In this document: positions 52,516 through 64,000 of the stretch, piece after piece
How the letters are laid out: the number at the start of each line of letters is the position of its first letter
Numbering within the stretch: position 1 is the first letter of the stretch
Assembly: GCF_006345805.1 (NCBI RefSeq)
Contig: NC_043015.1
Coordinates: forward strand, 42,718,001 to 42,782,000
DNA from: Octopus sinensis
Taxonomy: Eukaryota
Direction: 5' to 3'
Length of the DNA: 64,000 nucleotides
The notes under the pieces: model-generated
Told to the model about the DNA's origin: nothing
The model's input: only the letters and a program-made list of their open reading frames with translations
Database searches by the model: none
Translations under genes and position numbers: made by a program

Positions 52516-55054
52516 CATGTCATGCACATACGGTTGTAATGCATGTGCCTGGTGTAACCCTTATCAGACGGGTAGTCATGACGGGTATACTGGGCTTCGT
52601 ATATTTTACCCCAGTGTCGCTTTCATGGCATGCACTGCTCTCGATTGAACCATGGACAATAAATGTTAAACGATGATGATGATGATGATGATGTACCGAA
52701 GGCAGTTTAATCAACCAGTACCCTGCAAGGCAGTACTCCAGCATAAATCACAGAGCAATTACGAAAACAATTAAAATAACAGTATTTATTTCTTGTTTGT
52801 AATAACGTCTACAGGAGTGGCTGTGTGGTAAGTAGCTTGCTAACCAACCACATGGTTCCGGGTTCAGTCCCACTGCGTGGCATCTTGGGCAAGTGTCTTC
52901 CGCTATAGCCCCGGGCTGACCAATGCCTTGTGAGTGGATTTGGTAGACGGAAGCTGAAAGAAGCCTGTCGTATATATGTATATATATATATATATGTGTG
53001 TGTGTGTCTGTGTTTGTCCCCCTAGCATTGCTTGACAACTGATGCTGGTGTGTTTACGTCCCCGTCACTTAGCGGTTCGGCAAAAGAGACCGATAGAATA
53101 AGTACTGGGCTTACAAAGAATAAGTCCCGGGGTCGATTTGCTCGACTAAAGGCGGTGCTCCAGCATGGCCGCAGTCAAATGACTGAAACAAATAAAAGAG
53201 TAAAAGAGAGTTGTCTCCCTTAATTGTTCTTTTTTTTTTTAGCAAGCCTTCCTATGTTTAAAGGTGTTCAAACTATAACCGTCTTTAAATTCATTTGTTT
53301 TTAATGGCAGGATGTAATTTATGGGAGGTTTGGTTGCTATTTTTAGCAGGTTGTGTTTCCATATAGTGATTGATTCCTTCTTTCGATCGGATTCGTTCGT
53401 TGTTGTTCTTATTGTTGTTGTCTCCATTGCATCCTTGATAAAAAGGAGTTCCAAGTTGTGACCACCCTTCGTTTGCAGAATCGCTTGCATGCCGGACTAA
53501 AAAGCTGTTTGGCATTTCGTCCGTCTTTATGTTCTGAGTTCGAATTCCACTGAGGCCGACTTTTGCCTTTCATCCTGTTAGGGCCGATAAAATAAGTACC
53601 AGCCGAATACTGGGGGGAGGGGGTCGACGTAATCGACTCTCCCTCCCCCACTCCCCCCAAAATTCCAAGCCTTATTGTTGTTGTTGTTGGTGTTTTGCTC
53701 CTTGACAACCGTAAGTGAGCAAGACTTAATCAAAGACGCTCCAAGCCGTGGCCAGCCCTCATTGGCTCGGGTATACGTTGTGTAGTTTCACGTCAGCTTC
53801 GATCGAGCTGGTCTCTAATCAAATGCGTTCCAGCCGTAACCATCCCTCGTTGACATGGTTTATTATTGTTGTTTTGCTCACGTCAGACTCGATCAAGAAG
53901 ACCTTTTATCAGAAGCGTTCCAACCGTGACCCTCTCTCAGTTGCTCAGCGTTATCTATATTCATTTATTTATTTATTCTTAAAGTGGTAAGCTGGCAGAA
54001 GCGTTAGCACGCCGGGCGAAATGCTTAGCGGTATTTCGTCTGCCGCTACGTTCTGAGTTCAAATTCCGCCGAGGTCGACTTTGCCTTTCATCCTTTCGGG
54101 GTCGATAAATTAAGTACCAGTTACACACTGGGGTAGATGTAATCGACTTAATCCGTTTGTCTGTCCTTGTTTGTTCCCTCTATGTTTAGCCCCTTGTGGG
54201 TATTAAAGAAATAGGTATTTCGTCTGCCGCTACGTTCTGAGTTTTAATTCCGCCGAGGTCGACTTTGCCTTTCATCCTTTCGGGTCGATAAATTAAGTAC
54301 CAGTTACGCACTGGGGTCGATCTAATCGACTTAATCCGTTTGTCCTCTCTGTGTTTAGCCCCTTGTGGGTATTAAAGAAATAGGTATTTCGTCTGACGTT
54401 ACGTTCTGAGTTCAAATTCCACCGAGGTCGACTTTGCCCTTCATCCTTTCGGGATCGATAAATTAAGTACCAGTTGCGTACTGGGGTCGATCTAATCGAC
54501 TGCTCCCCTCGCCTCCCCAAAAATCTCGGACCTTGTGCCTAGAGTAGAAAAGAATATTTGTCCTCGCTGCATCGACAGCTTCAGTATGTTAAAGAGTTGC
54601 CTCCCTTATCCCCCTTCAGCTGTTTATTTTGTATCCAAGTAGGGAAGGCGGGAATTGGGTGATGGCCAATTTCTACAGCAACAAAAAAAACGCAGTAGAA
54701 AACATTGGTGAACTGAAATAACTTCATCGTCATCATCATCATGCTCCGATGTGGTGTAACAACCAATCCCCCAGCCGGTCGGGATTCTCAGTGCTGGTTG
54801 TACTATTCATCCTTTCCAACGCTGAATGCGAAACGTGACTCATGAGACGTGATTTTTTCTCTGAGTCACCATCTCACCTTTGTAAGTCAATCCCCCCTCG
54901 CAAGATTACTCATTCACGGTAGCGAGGACTGAAGCGGCATGAAATGAAGTGTTTTGCCTAGTGGTTAGAGTGTTGTTCTCACGATCGCTAGGCCATGGTT
55001 TCGATTCTTAGAGATATGTTAGTGATTCATAAAATTTCAAAACAATAGAACAAT

Positions 55055-55475
55055 CGGATCTTTTCGGTTTGAACGGCAGTTTTTTTCTAGCGGTGTCATA
55101 TGAAATTGTCACCCATAATTATGACCCTAGTATCGATCTATTGCATTTCAATCTGTTTTAGGGTTAGTTAGGGTTAGGGGTGGGGGGAAGGGTATCTTTT
55201 TTTTTTCTTCAGAAATGTAAATAAACCCAATCTGTTTCCTAAACGAGGGACATATTCATACGGCACAGAATGTTTTCCACCTCAATAGACAGTCATTGAT
55301 TTGCAGAAATTGAAGAAAAAAAACCAACAAATATCTTAGAAACTATAGAATTTTCTCAATAAAGCCAAGAGAAAAAGATGTTTTATAAACACATTCTGCC
55401 AGTATACGAAGTTTAAAAGTGTTTAGTTATGTGGAAATTATTTTTAAAAACTGCAGTTCAAACCGAAAAGATCCG
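55055..55475. mobile_element. MITE-like element with 30-bp TIRs and an internal TTAGGG-like run
   Basis: cggatcttttcggtttgaacggcagttttt / aaaaactgcagttcaaaccgaaaagatccg; ttagggttagttagggttagggg at about 55158-55180. Confidence 0.75.
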
Positions 55476-55597
55476 AACAATCCATGAACACAATGGGAAC
55501 ACACTTAGGCTCCAGGGGTGTTTACAAGTTAATTCAACCCAACCTGGAGCCTATCATTTAAGTACTTGATTCTCTCCTAAATCCCTTAATATTGTAT

Positions 55598-55632
<35 letters not shown>

Positions 55633-58416
55633 AATTTATGTGAATATCAGTGTCAGACCTTTTTTCCAGAGATGCAATTAAACACACATTCGAACTTCCA
55701 TACAGTCATCATCGTTCATCATATAACGTCCGCTTTCCATGCTAGCATGGGTTGGATGATTTGACAGATGGCTGCACCAGGCTCCAATCTGATCTGGCAA
55801 AGTTTCTACAGCTGGATGCCCTTCCTAATGCCAACCACTCCGAGAGTGTAGTGGGTGCTTTTACATGTCACCGACATGAGGGCCAGTCAGGCGGTACTGG
55901 CAACGGCCGCGCTCAAATAGTGTTTTTTGCATGCCACCTGGGAGCCAGTCCAAAATGTATTCAGTCTGGCAACAGATGAGTATCATTTGAGGAATAGAGA
56001 AATCAGGAGTTATACATGAACTAATTCAAGTTTCATGCTCACATAGTGCAGTAATCAGGCAGGCTTGTATAGCATTCTGTGCTCATTTGAACAATTACTG
56101 GTTTGAGCATGGTAATCTATGCATGCCTGTCAAATTACTGCACTGTCTTAACATGAAACTTAAAGTAGCTCACATATAATTCCTGTATTCATTAAATTAT
56201 ATACATACACCACCATCATCATCATAGTTTAATGTTCACTTTCCATTTTGGCATGGTTTGGCCAGTTTGACTGAGATCTGACAAGCCAGTGGGCTGCACC
56301 AGGCTCCACTCTGATCTGGCAATGTTTCTACAGCTGGATGCCCTTTCTAACACCAACCACACTGAGAATGTAGTGGGTGCATTTTATGTGCCACCAGCTT
56401 AGGAGCCAATCAGGGGGCACTGGCATCAACCATGTTTGGATGGTGCATTTCACATGCCACCAGCACGGAAGCCAGTCTGGGGCACTGGCATCGACCATGT
56501 AAATATATGTATGTATGCATATGTGTGTATGTGTGTGTATATACCTATCATCATCATCATCATCATCATCATTTAACGTCCGCTTTCCATGCTAGCATGG
56601 GTTGGACGGTTCAACTGGGGTCTGGGGAGCCCGAAAGCTGCACCAGTCCAGTCAGATCTGGCAGTGTTTCTACAGCTGGATGATATATTCATCATGATAG
56701 ATCGGTAGCCACTACACATTTTTTTCTCTCCTTGTTTCTTTCTGTGTTCCTTTCTGTGGAAGAGCATAGGCTCGAAACGTAAAAGACTTTTTCAATTCCC
56801 GTGCGTTAAACTAATACATCTGTTTATTTTCTACACCACCTGTGTTCGTCTTTTGTTTTTTTCGTTAATTCTCCCTATATATATATATATATGGGTGTAT
56901 GTTAAAATATTGCAGTTATTTGAAATCAATTTTTAGAGTAACAACTAAACATTTGTTGGTGGTGTTACTCTGTGTTGAATCTAGAATCAAATTCATTGTG
57001 AAAATTAAGTTGGTTAGGATAAGGCTTTCTTCCCACAAGGGGACAAATATTATTTCTCTTGCTGAACAAGATGATGGGCGAAATTCGAAGTCCCAGTTAA
57101 GTCTGTCTTCACAACAAATTCCTATAATACATATATATATTTATATGTTTTTATATATATATATTTTTTTTTTTAACTTGTTTCAGTCATTTGACTGTGG
57201 CCATGCTGGAACACCGCCTTTAGTCGAACAAATCGACCCCGGGACTTATTCTTAGTAAGCCCAGTACTTATTCTATCGGTCTCTTTTGCCGAAAGGCTAA
57301 GTGACGGGGACATAAACACAACAGCATCGGTTGTCAAGCAATGCTAGGGGAACAAACACAGACACACAAACACACATATATATACATATATACGACAGGC
57401 TTCTTTCAGTTTCCATCTACCAAATCCACTCACAAGGCATTGGTCGGCCCGGGGCTATAGCAGAAGACACTTGCCCAAGATGCCACGCAGTGGGACTGAA
57501 CCCGGAACCATGTGGTTGGTTAGCAAGCTACTTACCACACAGCCACTCCTGCGCCTATATATATATATAATATTTTATGTAAAATATAATACACACATAT
57601 GCAGATATATTATCATCATCATTATCATCGTTTAACGTCCGCTTTCCATGTTAGCATGGGTTGGACGGTTTGACGCAGGGCTGGTAAACCAGATGGCTGC
57701 ACCAGGCTCCAGTCTTGATCTGGCAGAGTTTCTACAGCTGGATGCCCTTACTAATGCCAACCACTCTGAGAGCGTAGTGGGTGCTTTTACATGCCACCGG
57801 CACGAGGGTCAGTCACATGGCACTGGCAATGACCACGCTCGGATAGTGCTTTTAGCACCCTACTAGCACAGGGCACAAGTGCCAGTAAGGCAATCACACT
57901 CGAATGGTGCCTTTTATGTGCCACTGGCACGGAAGCCGGTTACCCGCTCTGGCAACGATCACGCTCGGATGGTGCTCATGCCTGTCATCGAATTTCACTT
58001 AGATTTTGATTTTGATTATATATTATACATATCACCGTGATCACCGTGACCGACCAGGCTATCAGATGTTGTTACACATCGCTGGTTACAATGCGTTTCG
58101 CATTGTTTTAGCCATCAAATGACGCCACCCCGCTGTCTAAGCGAGCAGGCCAACAGAAGAAAGAGTGAGAGAAAGTGGCGAAAGAGTACAGCAGGGATCG
58201 CCACCACCCCCTGCCAGAGCCTCGTGGAGCTTTAGGTGTTTTCGCTCAATAAACACTCACAACGCCCAGTCTGGGAATCACGACCGCGAGTCCACTACCC
58301 TAACCACTAGGCCATTGCACCTCCATTATATTATATTATATTATATATTATACATATATATACATATATATATATATATACTTAGGTGTATTATCTTTTT
58401 TTTTTTTGTCTTTTAG

Positions 58417-58727
58417 CCATTTCAATGATCAAAATGCATCAGCTTGAGAAGGATAATTCCATAACCGATTCGACAAATAAAAAGAAAATTCTAAAGAAAC
58501 CAACTCTAAAACTACCACCTAGAAGCAAGAACACCAATTCCGCCAAAATACTGAAATGCTATCGATTCAAAGTCAAACAGAATCTTAAGACATATGCTCA
58601 CTACAAGGCCCGCAGTGCACAGCATAAAATAATCAATGAAGCGTTAGCAAACCTCGATCTGGTGGAACATGTCAGGGGTGCCCTTCCTGAATCTTCCGAA
58701 CCAAATCCAGATCCTCAACAGCCATAG
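58417..58727 (+). CDS. Integrase-derived gene, probable last coding exon (basic, KKKILKKP possible NLS)
   Basis: tgtcttttag acceptor, phase 1 compatible, open to TAG at 58725-58727, followed by AT-rich UTR-like sequence; linkage across the 7.2 kb intron is inferred. Confidence 0.65.
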
Positions 58728-59376
58728 CCATCCTCCGAAAAAAAAATTTTTTTTTTTTTTTTGCTACCTTTTTTCTATGCAAAGAGGAAAAATAGAAATT
58801 TAAAACAAAACAAACTAAAGCATGTCAAACTGTTCAGTATTAACTTTTAGGGAAAGAAAAAATTTTCCAACAAATTGTAAATATTGTAAATGAAAACTCT
58901 TTTAAGGATATTAATCCTATTTCTCTCACAAATGTCAAGTTCCCCATTTTTAAATTTCTAAAAAGAATATTCCATATTATTATTTTTTAAAACAAAAAAT
59001 ATTTTTAATATTCGTTTCATTTCATTTGGGGGTTGAATGGTTTCTGGGTTTCTTTTTTATTGTTTTTAATCATGCCAGTATGCTGGGGTTGGATCAGTCT
59101 GTAAATTCATAAATTCACCAAATTTTTTTTTTTTTTGTGTGTCGTTGAATTGGTTTTATTTTTGTTAACATTTTTATGTGCTTACATTGTACGCTCACGT
59201 GCTTTTCATTGACGAGTGCTTTAATTGAACTATGATATATAGAGATTAAGAGATAGCTAATTAAACACTAATATATTAATGTATCAGGGCATAGAGATAT
59301 TAATTACTGGATCTATTTATGAAGGCAGAGAAGTACCTTATTAAATACAAACTAATACACAGAGATGACAAATTAA

Positions 59377-59842
59377 CCCCTTCGTTACCAACCTAGCTGC
59401 AACCAGCTCTGGCTCTGAGTACAAATGTCTTGACTTCAAACGTTCTGAATTAAAATCTTCTACCGAACCTTAGTCACAATCTATGTTCCTAACACCACCT
59501 TAATGATAACTAAGTTATTTTACTAAATTCTTTGTTATATTTAAAATTAATTGCAAGAAACACAGAGCATCTCAACAGAAATATGGTAACAAAAGGGTTA
59601 AAGTCACCAAGATATTTTTAACCCTTTTGATACCAACCCAGCTGAAACCAGCTCTGGCTCTGAGTACAAATGTCTTGTTTCCATAAGTTCTGAATTAAAA
59701 TCTCCCACCAAACTTTAGCCACAATTTATATTCCTAACTCTAGCTGAATGATATCTAATTTATTTTACTAAATTCTTCGTTATATTTAAAGTAATTGAAA
59801 GAAATACAAAACATCTCAAACTGAATAACAGTAGCGAAAGGG
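59377..59842. mobile_element. Two tandem piggyBac-type MITE copies (59377-59597, 59622-59842)
   Basis: TTAA|CCCCTTCGTTACCA...TGGTAACAAAAGGG|TTAA and a diverged second copy. Confidence 0.8.
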
Positions 59843-59985
59843 TTATTGAGAAGAAAAAAGAAACTAATTCATAGCTCTGTTCTCAGGGCACATACGTAGT
59901 ATGTTGCAGGCCTGCATTTGGGGCCATAAGAGAAAGCTAATTAAGTCCTAATTAGTGGGTTGTTATTTCAAAACAAAGCATGATT

Positions 59986-60165
59986 ATCATCATTGTTTAA
60001 TGTCCGCTTTCTATGCTAGCATGGGTTGGACGATTTGACTGAGGGCTGGCGAGCCAGGTGATTGCCCCAAGTTTCCAATCTGCAGCCATCTGGTTCACCA
60101 GTCCTCAGTCGAATCGTCCAACCCATGCTAGCATGGAAAGCGGGCATTAAATGATGATGATGATG
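59986..60165. repeat. Hairpin of two head-to-head truncated SINE tails (about 80 bp arms, 16 nt loop)
   Basis: 59986-60065 is the reverse complement of 60082-60165 with about 10 substitutions. Confidence 0.9.
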
Positions 60166-62503
60166 ATGTTTTTGGTATACAGGTCATTTATCTCATATAA
60201 TTGTGCTTCACATTGGTCAAGCAACATTCTCTGAATTTCTCCGGGACAGGTGGGGGGAGGGGCCTATCAGTTATGTGAGATGCAATGCAGCACTATTTTC
60301 TTGGCTTTTGTGTCAGAGCTGTGTGTTTATAGGGTTCCTTTCGTAACCACATGGTTTCCGGCTCTATCCCACTGTGTGACACCAAGAGCAACTGTCTTCT
60401 GCTGTAGCCTTGGGCTGATCACTGCCTAGTCATAAGAGATGGAAACTGTACAAAACCCTGTTGTGCATGCGTGCGTGTATGTGTATGAGTATGTGTGTGT
60501 GCGCATGTCCTTGTCATCTCATCATTAAAAGCCATCTCCATGCTGGCACAGATGGGTTGGATAGCTCGACGGGACCCAACATGTTAGATAACTGGGTCAT
60601 ACTCTGACGTTTGCCTTTTACATGGTTTCTATGGCTGGATGCCCTTCCTAATGCCAACCACTTCACAAAGTGTATCGGGGCCCTTTTTTTTTTTTGTTTT
60701 TTTGTGGCACCAGCAATGGTGAAGTTGCCATCTGACCTATATAACTAAGATCCCCATCAATTGAGTGGAGTCGCAGTTGAGAGGGAGGTAGCAGTGTTAT
60801 GCTAGATGGTGAAAGATTAAAGTATGAAGGAAAGGGGGTAGAACAAGTTTTCTCTGGTGTAGAAGAGATCATTGGTTACTCACATTATACAGGAGTGGGT
60901 GGGAGTCCTCAGTGTGGAGCTGGAAAGAGAGATAAAGATCATGTTGACAAGGTACAGTGGCAGAACCCTGGAGGGTAGAAGAGAGAAGCTGGAAATATAC
61001 AGGTAAAGAATACAGGAAACATAGTTGGTATTGAATAAAAGAGTACAGACCCCCATCAGTCAGGAACAACCATGGGATTGCACCTAGAAAGTTCTCTGAG
61101 GCGCAAGTCCGGACAAGGTTGTTTATAGAAGATCAGCAGTCACTCATGCATACCAACCTCCCCTCTTTATACCACCAGTGATGTCACAACACATTTCTAC
61201 AGCTGAGTGAACTGGAATAACGTAAAATTAAGTGTCTTGCTCAAGAGCACAACACAGAGCCTGATTCAGGAATTGAACTCACTACTTCATGATTGTGAGC
61301 CCAGTGCTCTAATCACTGTGCTATGCACTTTCACATTTGGTATTAATGCTCAATATAACTATTTCTTTACTACCCACAAGGGGCTAAACACAGAGGGGAC
61401 AAACAAGGACAGACAAACAGATTAAGTCGATTACATCGACCCCAGTGCGTAACTCGTACTTAATTTATCGACTCTGAAAGGATGAAAGGCAAAGTCGACC
61501 TCGGCGGAATTTGAACTCAGAACACAGCGGTGGACAAAAGCATTTCACCCGGTGTGCTAATGTTTCTGCCAGCTCGCCGCCTATAATATACGTGTATTCT
61601 GTGAGATCGGCTGCCAATCCCCATTCATCTGTTTTACTCATCAAAAATTGCAGCCTTCGAATTCTGTATTCTAGCCTGTCTAATGTTATAAAGACTGTCT
61701 TCTTATGCCAGAGAAAATGGTTGAGTGGGGACCTGATCTTCTGCATCAGTAACTTTGTTAACATGTCTTGCCTATTGTGGTACCCCTTGAACTGTACCAC
61801 ATGTGTGTGTGCGTGTGTGTGTGAATGTTTAATTTCCATGTGTCATCGCATTGACACTGGTCAAGCCATGGAGATGTTACTTGCATGTCTCCTGTTAGCG
61901 GACACATCCTACAGCTCATCAGCTTCAACATGCAGTGATCAGTGGAATAGAAAATTAAGTAAGGGTTGGCAACAGGAAGAACATCCTACCACGAAATATT
62001 GTATCTCAAAGTCTCATCTAACCCATGCCAGCATGAAAAAAATGTTGACATAAAAAAAAAATCAATAACATTTAATGTAATGTGTGTGATAGAAAATTCT
62101 AGTCAACATTATGCAAGGTTTGCATATAACCCAAGGTCAGTCCTGATCAAGCAGATGTACAATCTAAAGCATTCTAGTTATGACCTCTCCTTTTCATTAC
62201 ACACAGACTTACTAAATATATATATAAATACACACCTACTTTATTTAGATCTATATATATATATGTGTGTGTATGTATATGTTTGTGTGTTGGTGTTTGT
62301 CCCTCCACCTTCACTTGACAACTGATGTTGGTGTGTTTACGTATCCATAACTTAGCGGTTTAGCAAAAGAGACCAATAGAATAACTACTAGGCTTACAAA
62401 GAATAAGTCCTGGGGTCGATTTGTTTGAGTAAAGGTGGTGCTCCAGCATGGCCGCAGTCAAAATAACTGAAACAAGTAAAAGAATAAAAGTAGTGCCTAT
62501 ACA

Positions 62504-62544
<41 letters not shown>

Positions 62545-62764
62545 AATACACACATACATTAACTCAATTAACAAAATTATAACGATCCATTTTTTAAATT
62601 TTATAAGCAACTTTGTTAACAGAAGAAGGTAAGCCATAGTTTTTTTTGATGCCAGTAAATTCTTAAAATTATGGAAAATTAACATATATATATATATACA
62701 CACACAGATATACATACATATATTGACCAGTCTGAAATACAATATCCATACATACACATATATA

Positions 62765-63375
62765 TATAATTAAGAGAAATAACCTCTATTAAGCAATCCA
62801 ATAGTGAAAGACATTATCTATATTATATAGAAAAAATTCAAATATACTATAATAAATATTTAAAAAATCAATAAATTAGATAAACATTAAATTGACTACA
62901 TGCATTTCGTGACTATATCTTTAAATCAATAATAAAATCGATACTATTAAAATTCGATTAAAAAATATAGCCACTCTTCAGGTTTAAAATAATAAAATAA
63001 ATAACAAATAAATATACGTATTGTAACAATAAATAATCGATTAAAATTTCGCAATATTGATAAAAAATAAAATCATAACTTATCTTTTTGAAGAATTCCA
63101 TTTAATTCTATATTTATTTGTTAATTATTATATGTTAAGATACATACATTTATTTTATTATTTTAGACCTGAAGAGTGGCTATATTTTTAAATTGAATTA
63201 ATTTTAATAATATTAATTTTACTATTATTGATATAAATAGTCAGTTTAATGGTTATATAATTTATTGATTTTTTGAATAATATTTATTATAGTATATTCA
63301 ATTTTTTTCTATGTAATATACATAATGTCTTTCACTATTGAAATGCTTAATAGAGTTTTTTCTCTTAATTATATA
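62765..63375. mobile_element. AT-rich fold-back (about 240 bp arms), Penelope pLTR-like, containing a hammerhead-like motif
   Basis: aattaagagaaataacctctattaagcaatccaatagtgaaagacattat...atatagccactcttcagg is mirrored at 63145-63375. Confidence 0.8.
62894..62985 (-). ncRNA. Candidate type I hammerhead ribozyme motif
   Basis: Minus strand AAC-CUGAAGA-GUGGCUAUA...UAUAGUCAC-GAAA-UGCAUGUA-GUC: intact core, 9-bp stem II, GUA triplet, weak stems I and III. Confidence 0.5.
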
Positions 63376-63514
63376 CATATATTATATATTGTGAAATTTA
63401 GAATGAGCATAAACATTATGCTCATTAGAATTGCTAAACTGAATTTTCCCTGTAAGTTTGGAATTATATTCCCTATTATTATTATTAATAATAATATTAC
63501 TATATATATATATA

Positions 63515-63629
63515 CAGGGTGGCCCAAAAGTAGGTTTACAATTTTTTCTTTATAATTAAGATCTAAACTTAATATATGAATGCGAGAGAAATAGTTGAAT
63601 AACTATAAACCTACTTTTGGGCCACCCTG
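63515..63629. mobile_element. Tc1/mariner-type MITE
   Basis: CAGGGTGGCCCAAAAGTAGGTTTA ... TAAACCTACTTTTGGGCCACCCTG. Confidence 0.88.
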
Positions 63630-63637
63630 TGTATGTA

Positions 63638-63670
<33 letters not shown>

Positions 63671-64000
63671 GCATGTATAGGTACAGGACGTCACTGGCAG
63701 TAAACAACATGATATATGAAAACAAATGAGTTAAATACGCAAATGGCGAGTGGGAAAAAGGAGAAAACAAGACAAATAATACAAAGAACGACCCTTCATC
63801 AGTTGTCGACTGTCTATCTACTCCCCATTTCAAGCATCCATTTCCAAGTATATGTATATATATATAATACTTATTTAAAATACAGAGGCCTACTATGATC
63901 CATTTTACACAAAAGAAAATCATTTGAACATAATTATATGTAATTTAATCAAAGAAAAAAATATATATGTATATAAACACTTTCTTTTGTTTATGGAACA

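Noticed and set aside
53239-53400. Possible Penelope GIY-YIG fragment (NEFKDGYSLNTFKHRK) on the minus strand
   Set aside because: Similarity too short and degenerate to support by eye.
36812-58727. Active intron-containing Ginger transposon or LTR element
   Set aside because: No flanking TIRs/LTRs, no RT/RH/gag, catalytic triad apparently lost, introns filled with old repeats.
63790-63815. CTGATGAAGGG hammerhead half-core on the minus strand (also about 25145-25165)
   Set aside because: No closing stem II or GAAA found downstream.

Overview
Eukaryotic, AT-rich, microsatellite- and SINE-saturated DNA, most consistent with an octopod cephalopod (inferred from repeat families and composition; not verified). 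There is a 100-N assembly gap at 18801-18900. Two spliced protein-coding genes can be built by hand. (1) A TMEM14-family gene on the minus strand: coding exons 8983-8908, 5102-5001 and 1745-1658; the last exon was not found and is probably left of the window. (2) A plus-strand gene with 8 coding exons (36812-58727, 2463 nt, 820 aa), all GT-AG and phase-compatible. It encodes a KRBA2/SCAND3/NOL4-like N-terminus, an intact H2C2 integrase zinc finger, a histone-H1-tail-like K/A/T insert, an integrase core with the catalytic D,D,E apparently lost, and an S/T-rich C-terminal half. This looks like a domesticated Ginger/Gypsy-type integrase and is the main candidate for an undescribed system. Its first coding exon is bracketed by a long inverted repeat, and about 6-7 kb upstream lies a degenerate tandem array whose units carry inverted GC-box pairs. 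The rest is repeats: several tRNA-derived SINE families (some head-to-tail multimers), RTE, CRE-like and Penelope relics (several with hammerhead-ribozyme architecture), mariner/DD37D relics, MITEs and non-autonomous Helitron-like elements. Most ORFs in the supplied track are microsatellite or SINE artefacts. All family assignments are motif recognition by eye, without database searches.
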